Positions 1-12,609 are shown, counted from the stretch's first letter. The stretch is 64,000 nt of DNA from Plasmodiophora brassicae (GCA_036867785.1 CP145422.1:558001-622000); one strand, 5' to 3'. The notes: a model not told the origin generated them from the sequence alone. Numbers and translations are program-made.

Positions 1-905
1 ACGTCAACCCGTCCGCGTCCAGGTCTGCAAGTCCAGCTGCCGGTGGTCGCGAACCGACCTCGTCTATGTCCAAGTCACGCGGCGCGCCATCGCGCGACAA
101 TCGTGCCGCCCTGCCACTTGGTACGCCTACGGGGGCGGCGATTGCCAGCCTCACAGAGCCGAAGGCGCCTGACAAACCCTCTTATTTATCACGTGCTGGT
201 TCCGCGGTTTCAGGCACGCTTGTCCAACGTACGACGTCGCCAGGTGCCATCCCCACGAAACTGACAACGAAGGGCGGCATCAGCACGGCACCGGCGGGGG
301 AATCCACGAAATCGCCGCCGAACGATTCCAACCTGGCATCGTCGTCTGACTCACCCAGCGGACGCAACGCAAGTGCTCCGATAGCAGGCACGGGCGATGC
401 GCTTCCGCAAGACGTCAAGAACGGGACACCTGATCCATCCAATGGACACCTGGTTTCGACAGAACCAAACAGAACCCACCCGAAACGGTCGTATGTCTCG
501 AAAGCGTTGCTGGTTGGAGCCTGCACACTGTCTGCTGTCGGCATTGGTTCCTATGGCCATGTCTCCTCCGCGCCTGCAATGCCACTTGAAATAACGAGGA
601 ACCCGCTGCTCGGCTCACGGCTGGCAAGAGGGATCCTAGCGACGTCGCTGGCCATTGCGGCATCATTGCGATTGAGCATTCCTAAACGTCCGTCTGAAGG
701 ACCTGATGTACCGCGTCCTGGCAGTCATCGATCCGGGCACCGCCGCGTGCCGTCGTGGTTCTGGATTGTTGTCGCCCTCGTTGCCATCGCGTCAACCGCA
801 GGGCTCCTTCTCGTCGTCCGGTTCTATCGACGTCACTTCCGCACCCGCCAGTACACCGCCTGGCAAGTCCAGAAACTCGAACAGCTCATGCAGCCACTCG
901 CATAA
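1..905 (+). CDS. Ser/Pro/Thr-rich membrane protein, possibly 5'-partial
   Basis: ORF 66-905 stays open back to the window edge; low-complexity N-terminal part, hydrophobic segments including FWIVVALVAIASTAGLLLVV followed by basic RFYRRHFR. Confidence 0.55.
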   Translation, partial: VNPSASRSASPAAGGREPTSSMSKSRGAPSRDNRAALPLGTPTGAAIASLTEPKAPDKPSYLSRAGSAVSGTLVQRTTSPGAIPTKLTTKGGISTAPAGESTKSPPNDSNLASSSDSPSGRNASAPIAGTGDALPQDVKNGTPDPSNGHLVSTEPNRTHPKRSYVSKALLVGACTLSAVGIGSYGHVSSAPAMPLEITRNPLLGSRLARGILATSLAIAASLRLSIPKRPSEGPDVPRPGSHRSGHRRVPSWFWIVVALVAIASTAGLLLVVRFYRRHFRTRQYTAWQVQKLEQLMQPLA

Positions 906-1183
906 GCACCCCGGTCAGGCACGGAACGATTGTGGCGCGTTTGTGTATAGTTTCAATACAGCAACGAACTGTCCCTAATCGTCGTCGGCTGTATTACGAA
1001 TTTGCCGCTCCTCTATTGATCTACTGGTGATACGTTTCCGGAGGACACCACACGCTCGAAGCTGGCCGGCTCGATCCGCAAGCCGCGCAGTCGGGAACTG
1101 CAGACTCGTCTGACGCGGTGGCCGGACTCCGACCTGACTCTGAGGGCGTCATTTTCAATCTGGGCCCGGGTGGCGGTCGGGCG

Positions 1184-3455
1184 ATGCATCGCGGCATGGC
1201 TCGTAGGGGTCGCTCGGGCGGGTACGACTGGCGCAAACACGTCAAGAAGGGTGATGGCGCCGCACGCGAAGGGCCGCCAGATTACAGCCGGTCGCCGTCG
1301 CCGGACGTGTAGGGCTGTGCCTGGAATGCGGCTGTGCAGGTCGCTGATGTCGCCGCAGGGAACGACCGGACAGCGTCCAGTCTTTGGGTGACCTGAGACA
1401 ACTCTGCAATCGGATGGACGGATCGTCGTATGGGCAGTATAAACGGCTGCGGGATTCGAGTTATGCACTGGGAAAGTTCACGCTGACCTTCGACCATATC
1501 CAGCCTGATGGATATGCGCCACCGTCGAGATGCCACATCAGAATCCCGCTGAAGGATACAGGCCTCCCAGAAACGTGGTGGTCGTCGCCTCTTCGACGAA
1601 TAGGTATCGTTATGCTGCATCCGTTCTTCACCGTGCCTTACGCCTTGTGTGCTTGTAGCCCTGAGTGATTACCTGACTAGAAGGTTCCACGAAATGTCGC
1701 ATCGGCGTGACGACAAGCCGTTTATCTCGGTCAGCAAACCGACACAGCAGGTGCTCCAAAGGAATGCGACGCTGTTCAATACCACTTCTGGCGCGAATTT
1801 CTTGGAGCTGCGCCCAACCATTGCTCTTCCGAGTAGGGGACGGACCATTCTTGGGTAGGACGATTATTGTTTGGTCCTCAACAACCGGCCTACTGACCGA
1901 TCCCTGTAGGAACCTGTGCGGCAAGATCCTGACGGAAGACCTAGTTGAATATCTTCGCAAATCGCTGTTGGTCGAGTCGCTGGATGAGAAGGCCGTCCTA
2001 CGGCACATTCAGTGTGTCGAAGACTCTGAGGTGTGTTCGCAAATGTGATTCGCCTATACCTCGTTTGGCTCATATCTGGTCTACACAGTGCCTACGTGAT
2101 CAGTTAAGCGAAGCAGGTTTAGTCGCGTTTATCGGTGATGGTTCTATTCTGCCTCGGCGTAGTGGCGTCAGCGATCTTCCTATGCCAGCGCAATCAGCAG
2201 TGCGGTTTCGCTCTCCGGACAGTATGGCCGTTACTCTGAAGACGCGACATTCCGGCGCGATTCGCGGTATGGGGGTTCCCGTTGGAGTAAACCTCATTGT
2301 TGGCGGCGGGTACCACGGGAAGTCGACGCTGCTGGAGGCCATCGAGATGGGCGTCTATAATCACGTACCCGGTGATGGGCGCGAACATGTACGTGCATGT
2401 CATTTCCCGAGCGCCCACGATATTCACCTGGTTGCAGGTTGTCAGCATCTCGTCCAGTGTCAAGATTCGCGCTGAAGATGGTCGCAGCATTACGCATGTG
2501 GACATCTCGCCCTTCATCTCGAACTTGCCCCAGGGGCGCCCGACGACGTCCTTCACTTCGGAGGACGCTAGCGGGTCGACGTCACAAGCTGCGGCGATCA
2601 TTGAATCGCTTGAGCTTGGTGCACAATGCCTGCTAATCGACGAGGATACGAGCGCCACGAATTTCATGATCCGTGACATGCGCATGCAACTTGTCGTATC
2701 GAAGGACAAAGAGCCCATTGTAATTTGGCGCTGCCCTGGTGACGACATCAACAAACTGACGGCTCATATCTCAGACCCCGTTCATTGCTCGCGCTCGTAG
2801 TATGCTGCACCAAATGAATTGCAGTTGCATTCTCGTTGTTGGAGGATGTGCCGATTACTTCGCGATTGCCGACCGAGTCATCCAGCTGGACAACTACGTT
2901 GCGAGCGATGTAACAGACAAGGCCAGACAGGTTGTCGCTGATCATGCGTCAACATTCGATCCAGCGTGGCAGTCCAGAGATGGAATGGAGCTGGCGACGT
3001 CACCGCATCGTGACCTGAGTGCCGGCTACCGCGGCAAGAACAAAGTGATGGCCCTGACATCCGTGCTTGTCGACGGCGAGCAGGTCGATCTGTCCTGTCT
3101 GGAGCAACTGGTCGATCGCGGTCAAACACAACTGATCGTTGACGCTGTTGTCTACTTACAGTCGCAACGGATGCTGGTAGGGTGATTTGTATTGAACGAC
3201 ACAGGTTGTTTACTCGCCTGCGATCGTAGGACGGAAGGCGCCCTTTACGTGAGGTTCTGGAAGCGCTTAAAGTATTGCTCGACAAGGAGCCGTATGGCCT
3301 CGATGCTGTTTCGGATCGCCGGCATGGCGCTTACAGGTACGTTGGACTGCGTCTTTTGAAGAGCGCCGTTTGAACTCCTAAACGCGACGTATAGCCGCGC
3401 GCGATTGTTCGAAATTGGGGCATGCATTAACCGTCTGCGCAAGTCCCGGTCGTGA
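1184..3455 (+). CDS. Predicted ABC-class ATPase (COG3044 / MRB1590-like), multi-exon
   Basis: Spliced pieces give DHIQPDGYAPPS, LVAFIGDGSILPRRSG, Walker A GGGYHGKSTLL, YNHVPGDGRE, IRAEDGRSI, ASGSTSQAA, LLIDEDTSATNFMIRD and terminal RLFEIGACINRLR; several ~55-nt introns. Confidence 0.88.
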
Positions 3456-3783
3456 GAAGTACTCCACAAGGTGCTTCGTTGCATTTCCCTCGGCCCATCC
3501 GGGTGGCGTAAGCGTATTACACCGCCCGAGTGTACGACACCCAGTTATGGCATAGTCCTGAATGACGTCGACAGTGTCCCGACGTTGCTATCGACCTGTC
3601 ATCGATAGTCAAATGCGAACTTGCCCGGGTTGAACCACACCCGACAGGACAGATCTGTATATTCTCTCGGCACGCGTCCCGGGATTGTTCACAGGGCACG
3701 CGACGTTGCCTTCGTACTGGGGTCTCCGCATTCCCACAAATCATCAGCGTGTGGTCTGTGCTCGTGTCCAGCAAACGTTCGTT

Positions 3784-4479
3784 ATGGCGCCGGTGTCGCT
3801 AGTCGCAACCGTATTGCTTCTGGTCGCGGTCGTCGACGCCCGCTGCGACGACATGTGCATGTGTCATTCTATTAAGTGCACTGATACCGGTGCGGTGTCC
3901 TGGCGGCTGGACGTACAGCACAACACGTCCCCTGATCAGGCCACGGTTCCCAAGATCCAGTTCGCACACGGCAATCGCCACGCCATCACCAACCTGGGCA
4001 ACGTCAGCCAGCTCTTCCAGCAGCTGGTCCCGTTCGCCCATAACGGATTCGAGCTCTACGACTACGACGGTTGCAACTACGAGCTGATCCAGGTGGCGAC
4101 CGGGCAGTCGTGCGTCCACTTCAACAAGCACACCAGCGAGCTGCTGTGCGACACGAACCCGTCCAACGGCACGCGTGCGTACTTCAGCGTCGGACCCGCA
4201 CGTCTAGACTGGATCATGTTCGTGCACACCACCCTGCGAACGCTGTGCGACGGCCGCGACCGCGACGTATTCTTCATCTCAGCGTCGTCGTCCGGTGCGC
4301 TAGACGCCCAGCTGGCCTGCTACGTGAACAACCCCGGGTACTACGAGAACCCGCTGTCCTCTGCGCTGTCCTCGCCGGTCAGCTCTGTCGACATGAACGT
4401 CCTGGCGTCCGTCATCGAATCCATCTTCATGCACCCGTGCCAACCGCCATCCGGGCCTCGCGTGCCTCCTCCCCCATAA
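3784..4479 (+). CDS. Secreted Cys-containing protein of unknown function (paralog A)
   Basis: Signal-peptide-like MAPVSLVATVLLLVAVVDA; intact ORF; aligns by eye with the neighbouring gene. Confidence 0.75.
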   Translation: MAPVSLVATVLLLVAVVDARCDDMCMCHSIKCTDTGAVSWRLDVQHNTSPDQATVPKIQFAHGNRHAITNLGNVSQLFQQLVPFAHNGFELYDYDGCNYELIQVATGQSCVHFNKHTSELLCDTNPSNGTRAYFSVGPARLDWIMFVHTTLRTLCDGRDRDVFFISASSSGALDAQLACYVNNPGYYENPLSSALSSPVSSVDMNVLASVIESIFMHPCQPPSGPRVPPPP

Positions 4480-4616
4480 ACGATTGCCATGGTTCCCTGC
4501 ACTCTCCCCGGATAGAACGTTCAATAGATTCGTGCCCGCCTGGGCGTGTGCCACATGCACGACGCGTGGCATGCACTGCGCCACAATCGCATTCCTGATA
4601 TTAGCTGCACGACAAC

Positions 4617-5374
4617 ATGTGGTCGATGATGGTTCTGGCTGCGATGGCGGCGCTCGCCGCCGGGCGCCGCGACGACCTGTGCCTGGTGGCCCCGATCCGA
4701 AGCTCGGACGACAGCACCTGGCAATTTCGGTTCGACATCCCGCACAACACGCCGGGGAACGTACAGGGCCCTAACGCGCTCCGCTTCACCATGTGCAATG
4801 GCGGGCGCCATGTCACCTCTCGTATGGACGACCTACCTCCATCTTCATATGTGCTTGACGCGCGTTGTGCCCAGGGCCACTGCCTAACGGTGCCACGTTG
4901 CTTGATGCCGTCAACTACGTCGCGTACGACCTGGTGCCCATGCTCAGCGATCTGACCAACGGCACCGTCGAGTATCACGATGTGTTCAACGACGACACCG
5001 CCTGCAAGCAGTCGCTGATAACGACGAGATCCGGCGACTATTGTGTGCGCCTGAACGAGCACTCACAGCAGCTGTACTGCGACACGAATTCCGACCGCCT
5101 GCTGAACACGACGCCATACGGGAACATCAGCATGGCGCACGTCCAGCTTCGCGAGATCTGCGACGACCACGACCGCGACGTGTTCTTCCTGGCGGCGTCG
5201 TCCACCGCGGCGCTGGACACGCAGCTGAACCGCTGCTCGCCGAACTGGTGGCTGCGGTGCGAGTTCGACATGAGCGCCGCCCAGACGCCCCTGGACCAGA
5301 TGACCAGCGGGCAGCTCTACGCCCTCGATGACCTCCTTACGTGCGTCTTCTTGAACATCTGGAACTGCCCTTAA
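4617..5374 (+). CDS. Secreted Cys-containing protein of unknown function (paralog B), 2 exons
   Basis: Signal peptide MWSMMVLAAMAALAAG; intron 4822-4874 joins the two ORF frames; shares the CVxxNxHxxxLxCDTN and LRxxCDxxDRDVFFxxASS motifs with paralog A. Confidence 0.75.
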
Positions 5375-5514
5375 CACAGTCGTCTATCGTCCCTGCTACA
5401 CTGGATGCCGAATTAATGCATCGCTTAATCCTCGGGACAGGAACGTCATTCGTTGACGACGCCGCTCCGATTATAGTGTTAGTGGCGAGTGGATCGCTTG
5501 CCTTAGGGGGCGCG

Positions 5515-5976
5515 ATGATGCAATCGTATGGGAAGATGTGGCGGGACACGTCGCGTGCTGTTCAGGCAGCGGGCGTGCTGCGGCCGGTCAGTCAGGTCCT
5601 CTGCCTGGCCATGGCCGCGGCCTGCTGCTGGAACGCGGCGGTGGCCACCGCTGGCTCTGCTGCGCAATTCGAATTGGTGTGGAGCGGGGTCATGTTCGTC
5701 GTACTGGCTGTGCTGATGGCGTACGCGACGAGGACGCTGATCTCGCTGACGTTCATTACGGCGTTCTCGGCCGTCCTGTCGCAGGTCTCGCTGATGCTCG
5801 CGGTTCGTTTCTGGCGTCCCGCCGCGGACGCACCGGCCCTGGCGATGATCATCATCGGTGTCCTGCTCGGTGCCGCGCTGCTAACGTTCGCCGTCATCCT
5901 GGCCGCCAAACGAACCGGATTCGACATTCAGTTCGTTCGTGACGCGGATTCCAGGTCGACCCGCACGACCGCCTAA
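5515..5976 (+). CDS. Small multi-pass membrane protein
   Basis: About 4 hydrophobic helices; start could be at upstream ATG 5416. Confidence 0.55.
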   Translation: MMQSYGKMWRDTSRAVQAAGVLRPVSQVLCLAMAAACCWNAAVATAGSAAQFELVWSGVMFVVLAVLMAYATRTLISLTFITAFSAVLSQVSLMLAVRFWRPAADAPALAMIIIGVLLGAALLTFAVILAAKRTGFDIQFVRDADSRSTRTTA

Positions 5977-6199
5977 ATACAGATACAGCCGGTTCACACA
6001 CGCCAACCTGTGGTCTTTATATTCGGGCCGTGATGACTCACGATGCAGCGATATGGGCGTCATGCCACGCTCGCCTGTTGAGTCACACGTTGGGACGTAT
6101 CTTCTGGGTCGGCAGGCGGCTGACAAATTGCTATTGTCTGCCCAGTTCAGACCCTAAGGTTTGATCGAGCGTTATCACCCCTCGAAAACACGCATCACG

Positions 6200-7918
6200 A
6201 TGCTGGACCGCCTGGTGATCGCCGCGTTGGCGATCGGGGTGGCTGCCGGTCTCGACCTGGCCGGCACCGTCAATGAAGGCACGTACCTGAACATCAACTG
6301 TAAGGATCAGACGATCGCCGAGATCCTGGACGCCACCTACGGCACCAACGTCGGCAGCGTCTGCTTCGTCGAGCAAGCGCCGCAGATCGTCAGCGACCTG
6401 TGCCTGAAGCAGAACAAGTGCCGCGTTATGGCGTCCCCTAGGACGTTCGGCGATTCGTGCAACGGGTTCCCGAACATGACGCTGTCCATTGAGGTGCGTT
6501 GCACAGAACCCGCACCGACCCCGGCACCGACCCCGAGGCCAACCACAGCGATGCCAACCCCTGCGCCAACGCCAAAGCCGACACCTGCGCCAGCTCCGAC
6601 ACCTGCGCCAACGCCAAGGCCAACGCCAAGGCCAACCCCTGCACCAACGCCACGGCCAACACCTGCGCCAACTCCTGCTCTAACGCCAACTCCTGCTCCA
6701 ACGACAAAACCGACGCCAATGCCAACTCCAGCGCCGGCACCGATGGCGTTAGCGCCGGCACCGATGCCGTTAACGCCAGCGCCAGCCGCGGATCCGTTCG
6801 ACAGGTTTCTGCAGGACCTGCTGGCGGCCCTGCAACGTCTGCTACAGAAGACGAACTCGACGACGATGCCGGATGACCAGCGCCGCGTTCTGGACCAGAC
6901 GCGCGACGTTGTGAGGAACATGTCGACGCCGGGCGATGACCCGCTGCGAACCCGGCTGGAGCACGACATTCTCGACCTGATCAACAACTCGACGGCACCG
7001 AACGCGGCCAAGCCGGACAGCATTCCGACGGCGGTCCCGAAGAACGCGACGATGGCGCCAGGGCAGGACGAGATGGGCCTCCTCCAGGAGATCCTTCAGG
7101 CGATCAAGAACTGGACGATGCCCACCAGTGCGCCAAGGCCGTTTGCGAACATGACGACACCGACGATGACGGCGCCGAACGCGCTCAAGAACACGACGAT
7201 GGCGGCGCCAAACGCGTTCGGGAACACGACGACGATCGCGCCGAGCCCGACGACCGCTGCGGGGCAGCCGAAATCCATCAATGATCTGGGCAGCAACGGG
7301 ACGACGACGGCGTTGGCGAACCAGAATCCGGTGCCGTCGCAGGTGCCCGAGATCCACCCGGAGCTGTTCAAGAACATGACGGCGGCGAAGCTGAAGCAGT
7401 TGGGCGTCCCCGAGATCCACCCGGAGGTGCACAACCTGACAAACACGCCGGCGCCGAACACGTCGGCGGCTATGCCGACCTCTGTGACACCGGCAGCATC
7501 ACTGCCGCTTGTGTCGGGACGCAGCCAGCAACCCGAACCCGCGACGCGTGTGCTGAACAACAGGATCACCCACCAGGGCGACATGCTGACGGGGCAGACG
7601 CAGCCGCAGCCGATGCTCATGTTCGGGTTCGTCCCCGAGAACCAGTCCCGTCGTTACACGTGCCCGATGGGCGTCTTCACGCGCGTGCAATTCGCGTCGT
7701 ACGGGACGCCTCGCGGCAGTGACGTCACCAGCCTGAAAGCCGACCCACAGTGCGCATCGAACGCAGACGACACCGCGAAGTTCGTCAGCGACCTGTGCGT
7801 CAACGAGAGCGAATGCGAGATCCCGGCCAGCAACAAGCTGTTCGGCGACCCGTGCCCAGGAACGGTGAAGCACCTGTCCGTATCGATCGTCTGCACGCCA
7901 TACGATCTCGGCTTCTAA
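6200..7918 (+). CDS. Secreted protein with N- and C-terminal SUEL-type (galactose/rhamnose-binding) lectin domains and a mucin-like linker
   Basis: Signal peptide; ILDATYG..C...[11 protein letters not shown]....FGDSC and [47 protein letters not shown]; long PTPAP repeats. Confidence 0.85.
   Translation: MLDRLVIAALAIGVAAGLDLAGTVNEGTYLNINCKDQTIAEILDATYGTNVGSVCFVEQAPQIVSDLCLKQNKCRVMASPRTFGDSCNGFPNMTLSIEVRCTEPAPTPAPTPRPTTAMPTPAPTPKPTPAPAPTPAPTPRPTPRPTPAPTPRPTPAPTPALTPTPAPTTKPTPMPTPAPAPMALAPAPMPLTPAPAADPFDRFLQDLLAALQRLLQKTNSTTMPDDQRRVLDQTRDVVRNMSTPGDDPLRTRLEHDILDLINNSTAPNAAKPDSIPTAVPKNATMAPGQDEMGLLQEILQAIKNWTMPTSAPRPFANMTTPTMTAPNALKNTTMAAPNAFGNTTTIAPSPTTAAGQPKSINDLGSNGTTTALANQNPVPSQVPEIHPELFKNMTAAKLKQLGVPEIHPEVHNLTNTPAPNTSAAMPTSVTPAASLPLVSGRSQQPEPATRVLNNRITHQGDMLTGQTQPQPMLMFGFVPENQSRRYTCPMGVFTRVQFASYGTPRGSDVTSLKADPQCASNADDTAKFVSDLCVNESECEIPASNKLFGDPCPGTVKHLSVSIVCTPYDLGF
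6508..6790 (+). repeat. Coding tandem repeat encoding (PTPA/PTPR)n
   Basis: Degenerate 12-nt units such as ccaacgccaagg and ccaacacctgcg. Confidence 0.8.
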
Positions 7919-8176
7919 AACCGAATATGAAATACACCCGCCGCCGCTGCCCCCGCGATTTTTGCGCGCCGAGCGACACCCGCGCGTCGGAGCTGCAGCG
8001 TCGGGCTGAGTGGGAGCAGCAGCTTCTGACAGCGCGGGCCGTACACCGGCGATGATAGCGCCAACAGTCAAAGCGGCTTCGGGGATTCTGGATGGCCGGA
8101 CTGGGGAACCGAAGCAGTCCGTTGCAGAACGTCCGTTTATTGGCGCTACAACGTACGGCCAATGCTGCATGTGTGC

Positions 8177-8663
8177 CTAAGGGACGACGTTGAGGCCGAT
8201 GGACCGGGCCTGGGCGGCGATCGACTTGACGACGCCTTCCAGGTCGTGGTCCTCCATGCCCGGATCCGTCATCTTGACCTGGCCGATGGCGAACAGCTGC
8301 CGCAGGGATACGTTGCCGACCATTTCCCGGCCGGGCTGCCGGGCGCCCTTCTCCACGCCCGCCGCCTTCTTCAGGAAATAGCTCGTCGCCGGCGACTTGA
8401 TCAGCAGGTTGAACGTACGGTCCTCGAAGACGGTCACCCGGACGCGCATCGGGACCTCCTTCTTGTACGTCGTCGACGCCAGGTTGAACGCCTGCACCGA
8501 TCATTGTAAACGGGTTGCCGCCCGGCTCGTGGTATGGAATGCCGACCTTGCAGAATTCCATGATGTTCAGGCCGAGTGAACCGATCGCCTGACCGATCGC
8601 CGGGGACGGCGCCGCTTTGCCGGCGGGCAGCGTCATGCGCACCATGGCCTTCACCGCGCTCAT
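8177..8663 (-). CDS. MRPL11: Ribosomal protein L11 (uL11, bacterial/mitochondrial type), 2 exons
   Basis: PAGKAAPSPAIGQAIGSLGLNIMEFCK | AFN...VFEDRTFNLLIKSPATSYFLKKAAG; intron 8492-8546. Confidence 0.93.
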
Positions 8664-8794
8664 CGCCGTCTCACGGACGCCGCTTCGTGTAGGTAGGTAC
8701 TCGACTGATACAAGTGCCGGGGAGTACGTCTTCGCATCTGAAGGGGGTTCGAGGTGTTTTATCTTATTGACGATGATGCATGACAATGGTCTGT

Positions 8795-9109
8795 TCAGGA
8801 CATGGGCGTGGCGACTGGGAACAAACGTTTGGCGTTGGGCGGGAAGTACGGCTCCTGGGTGGCGGCGAGGAACGGCCACGCGCCGGGGCCGTCTCTAACC
8901 ATGCGCGCAATGTGGTCCGCCCAGGAATCCGATGGCGTTTCCATTCGGACAACACCCGCCCGCCTTATAAGGCGAGCATTCAGGTTCGCCGGGTCGATTC
9001 GCATGGGATCACGGCAGACGCCAACGATAACGGCAATGACTAGTCCGAGGAGCAGCATCTGGATCGCGAGCTGGCAGCCCCAAATAATGCCCTTCGTCGA
9101 CCCTGTCAT
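8795..9109 (-). CDS. Possible small protein with N-terminal hydrophobic segment
   Basis: ORF containing IQMLLLGLVIAVIVGVC; no recognisable domain. Confidence 0.3.
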   Translation of the reverse strand: MTGSTKGIIWGCQLAIQMLLLGLVIAVIVGVCRDPMRIDPANLNARLIRRAGVVRMETPSDSWADHIARMVRDGPGAWPFLAATQEPYFPPNAKRLFPVATPMS

Positions 9110-9489
9110 CTTCGCTGACAGATACAATCGTGGGGTTCGGTGAGGTGCGACACGAAAATCACAACAAAATAGAATGAGACGACTGGGCGTGCCCCCTCAG
9201 ACACGAACATTCGATATCTGCAGGCCCTGTTGAGTCACGCCGCGCGTCTGCAGTCACGCCCCGTCTGTATACGGCCTGCAAACGTTCCGCCAATGTTCGC
9301 CGACTGGGAGCTGCAGACATGACATAAAACCACATCCAGTGCCCGAGTCTCAACTCGGGCTATTTCGGGAAGAGAACCTGAGGTGGTCTAATTCCGTCGT
9401 CCGTCCCCCCGTCGCGTTGGTCGTTCCGCCTAAACCGTACATCGCCGCCCGGGCGCCAGCTGCATCGGGTCGGGGCGTGCCCTGCTGCC

Positions 9490-11449
9490 ATGGACGACTC
9501 GGAGATGGTGCAAGGGCTGCGTGCCCTGACGGAACTGAGCCTGAACTTGAACCGGCTGGAGCTGGCGAACGAGACACTGCAACGGCAGCTGTACCAGCGA
9601 TATCAGACGGAAGGGCCGTCGCCCGTCGTCGAAGCGGCGTTGCTGCTGGCGAGAGCCAATGCCAATCTACGTGTGCAGCTGGCTAAGGACTACGAGAACA
9701 GACGAATGCATCTGATTCGGGCGACCAAGTCGACGAACGATGTTGGTCTGACGACGCGGTTGGAGAATGCGTTCCAGATGGACTGGTTCTCCAGTCTGTC
9801 CACAGGTCCGAGAGACCTGGACGGTATCGCACCAGACGTCCTGAACGGGCAAAGCATCGACGAGAAGGTTGCGTCATGGGGCTTTGAAAAGTCCCAGGCC
9901 AACGATATCGTAAGTCGCCGTATGACGTCATTGTCGACGGGGTGCCTAACATTGACGATACAGATCGAAGCGCTTCATGCGTCTCTGCCTGTTCCAATCC
10001 CGCAGGCTGAGGTTCGTTACACGACATGTTCGAAACGCGACGCGGTGGCTGTTAGCCAGGACGGGTGGTCGTCCAATGGTACGGGAGCGTCTTCGGCATC
10101 GTTCGACTATGGGTTCCCAGCAGGAAACAACGAACCGTACGTCTTCGACCACGATGCGGATTCATCGATCACGGTCGTCCCCGGTGGTGCGAATGACCAG
10201 ATCAAATGTGGGACGCTGCACAAGCTCATTGAGCGCCTGACGGATGATCGGCTCCAGGATCTGAATCTTAGATTCGTTTTCCTCCTGACGTATCATTCGT
10301 TCACGACAGCCCATGACCTGCTGCAGGCGCTCGTGCAGAGGTATTTTACGCCGGCGCCGCCCAATGCGACTCCCGGCGAAATCCAGTACTTCCAGCGGAA
10401 TCGCCAGAAGGGCATCCGCCTGAAAGTGTTCAGTGTCCTGAAGAAATGGGTCGAGGACCACTTCTGCGATTTCGAACAGGATGAGGGCCTGCGACGTGAA
10501 CTCTGCGATTTGCTTCAGACGCGCCTTGCGGTCGGCTGAGCCCTCTGCTGGATTCGTTTACCCATTGTCTAATCGTGGTTGTGGGTAGGATGCGCCATGG
10601 TCCCGCAAGCTGAGCTCGACGATCCTGACGGTGATGCAGAAGCAGGCACAGGGCGTATCGCGACACATGTTGTTAGCGTTCGACCACCTGGCGCCTCCGC
10701 CTGAGATCCGTGCGTCAACCAGTGTCGAAGAGATCGAGGCGAATTTCGCCGATGTTTCCGCGCTGGAGATCGCCCGCCAGCTCTGCCTGGCCGATTTCGA
10801 CCTGTTCCGCCAGATTCAACCTCGCGAATGCCTGAATCAGGCCTGGTCGAAGGCGGATCGTGACACGCGAGCCCCAAACATCATGCGAATGATACGACGA
10901 TTCAACCTGGTCTCGCAATGGACGCAGTACATGATCGTCCAGCCCAATTGCAACGGTATCGCCCGCCTGCGGCAGATGATCCGGATCGGGGAACATTGCC
11001 TGGCCTTGAACGACTTCTCGTCAGCGTGCGCCATCTTCGCCGGTCTGGAAGCGTCACCGATCTACCGGTTGAAGAAGTTGTGGGAACAGCTTCCCAGTAA
11101 GTTCCAGAAGTACTTCGAGACGATGGAGGCGGTGTTCCGGTCTGACACCAAGTCCAAGATGCGATTTCGAACCGTCCTGCAAGAAGCGATCCCGCCGTGT
11201 ATCCCGCACCTGGGCCTGTTCCTGTCCGATCTGACCTTCATCGAGGACGGCAACCCAAACGAGCTGAACGGCATGATCAACTTTCAGAAGAGGCGCATGC
11301 TCAGCGAGCGGATCATGTGGATCAAGCAGTACCAGCAAGCTGGATACCAGCTAGCGCGCGTTCAGGCGCTCCAGGACTACTTCGACAAGAACCTAGTAAC
11401 CCGCTCCGAAGAGGAGCTCTGGGCACTCAGCAAGGCTGTCCAACCTTAG
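9490..11449 (+). CDS. Ras guanine-nucleotide exchange factor (REM + CDC25 domains)
   Basis: IKCGTLHKLIERLT, FLLTYHSFTT, VFSVLKKWVEDHFCDF; EIARQLCLADFDLF, PPCIPHLGLFLSDLTFIEDGNPN, INFQKRR; intron about 10531-10589. Confidence 0.93.
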
Positions 11450-11659
11450 GCGCTGCGCCCAACCTATGTTATTGAAAATTCCATTCTACGATGTTTGCCT
11501 GTGCCCCAAAGGTGATGTCAGACAGGGCGGCTCGGTGGGCCCACTGTTCTGGACCCGACTTGGGCCGCTCTGCCTGTAACGCAAGCAGGTTGCTCGGGTC
11601 CCTTTTCCGACTCCGAGCTGTTGACATATCGATCCCAGAAGCAGAACGGTGTCGAGACA

Positions 11660-12219
11660 ATGTCAGAAAGCGCCGACGGATACGTGGACGCGTGCGCGCT
11701 GAGCGACCTTCCCGTCCGCAAAGGAAAGAAGGTCGAGGTGAACCATCGGACGGTTGCCCTGTTTCGAGTCAGCGACTCCGAAGTGTACTGCATCGACGAG
11801 CACTGCTACCGTACGTTTGTCCGAATTACGTGCATACGCTTCGATACTTAACCGAGTCGAAGATGAGTCGGGACTGCTGCACGTGTCGGATATCGAGGTG
11901 AATAATATTCTACCACTGTCCGCTTTTCGTCGTATGAACACACTAAGATGGGTCGCAGGATATGCCTGGACACTCCTGCATAAAGTGCCCGATTCATGGT
12001 TACATCATTGATATCAAGACCGGGGAAGGCCTCTACAAGAAACTCAACGGGTCCCTAGCGTCCAAGGGCAAGTGCCAGCGGACGCATCCCGTGTCAGTTC
12101 GTGGCAACCGCGTGTTCGTCAAAATCGAGTCCTCGCGCACGCCTGGAACCGCCCCGTTATTATCGGATCGTTTCCATGAACCCAACCACCCCAAGTACAC
12201 CACTCCAAGTAGGTGCTGA
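11660..12219 (+). CDS. Soluble Rieske [2Fe-2S] domain protein (RFESD-like), 3 exons
   Basis: Splicing gives CYHESGLLHVSDIEDMPGHSCIKCPIHGY (CxH...CxxH ligands) and TGEGLY...SKGKCQRTHPV. Confidence 0.85.
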
Positions 12220-12609
12220 TCCGCGTTCCAGAATGCGATGCCCATGCGGTCTAACCGTTCCCCACAGTGCGCTGATCGTGGAGACGATCGTAACATGTGC
12301 CACGTAAATCATGCCGTAGCCAGCGACATCGTCGACGCGTTCGGGAAGTTTCCGGGAAGTGTTCTGCCGACGGTTAAGTGCGTCGGCGTTTCCGAGAGGC
12401 CACAGTGCGAGCTGCAGTCGACGGACACGGACGCCCGAGGGGGGGTCTATTTGAAGCACCCGAGTCTACGCCGCGTGACTGGTGAAACGAGGCCCACAGT
12501 GGCAGTCACCGCTTCGGGAGTGCATACGGACGAGCTCATTGCAGCAGGTTCCGCCCGGATTCCGATATAGCGTTCCATGCGAGTACGTTTCGGTCGTCGG
12601 TGGTGCCCG

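Noticed and set aside
6337-7023. Gly/Ala/Val-rich minus-strand ORF
   Set aside because: Antisense shadow of the PTPAP repeats
7800-8879. 359-aa minus-strand ORF
   Set aside because: Artefact of reading through the L11 intron into the wrong frame
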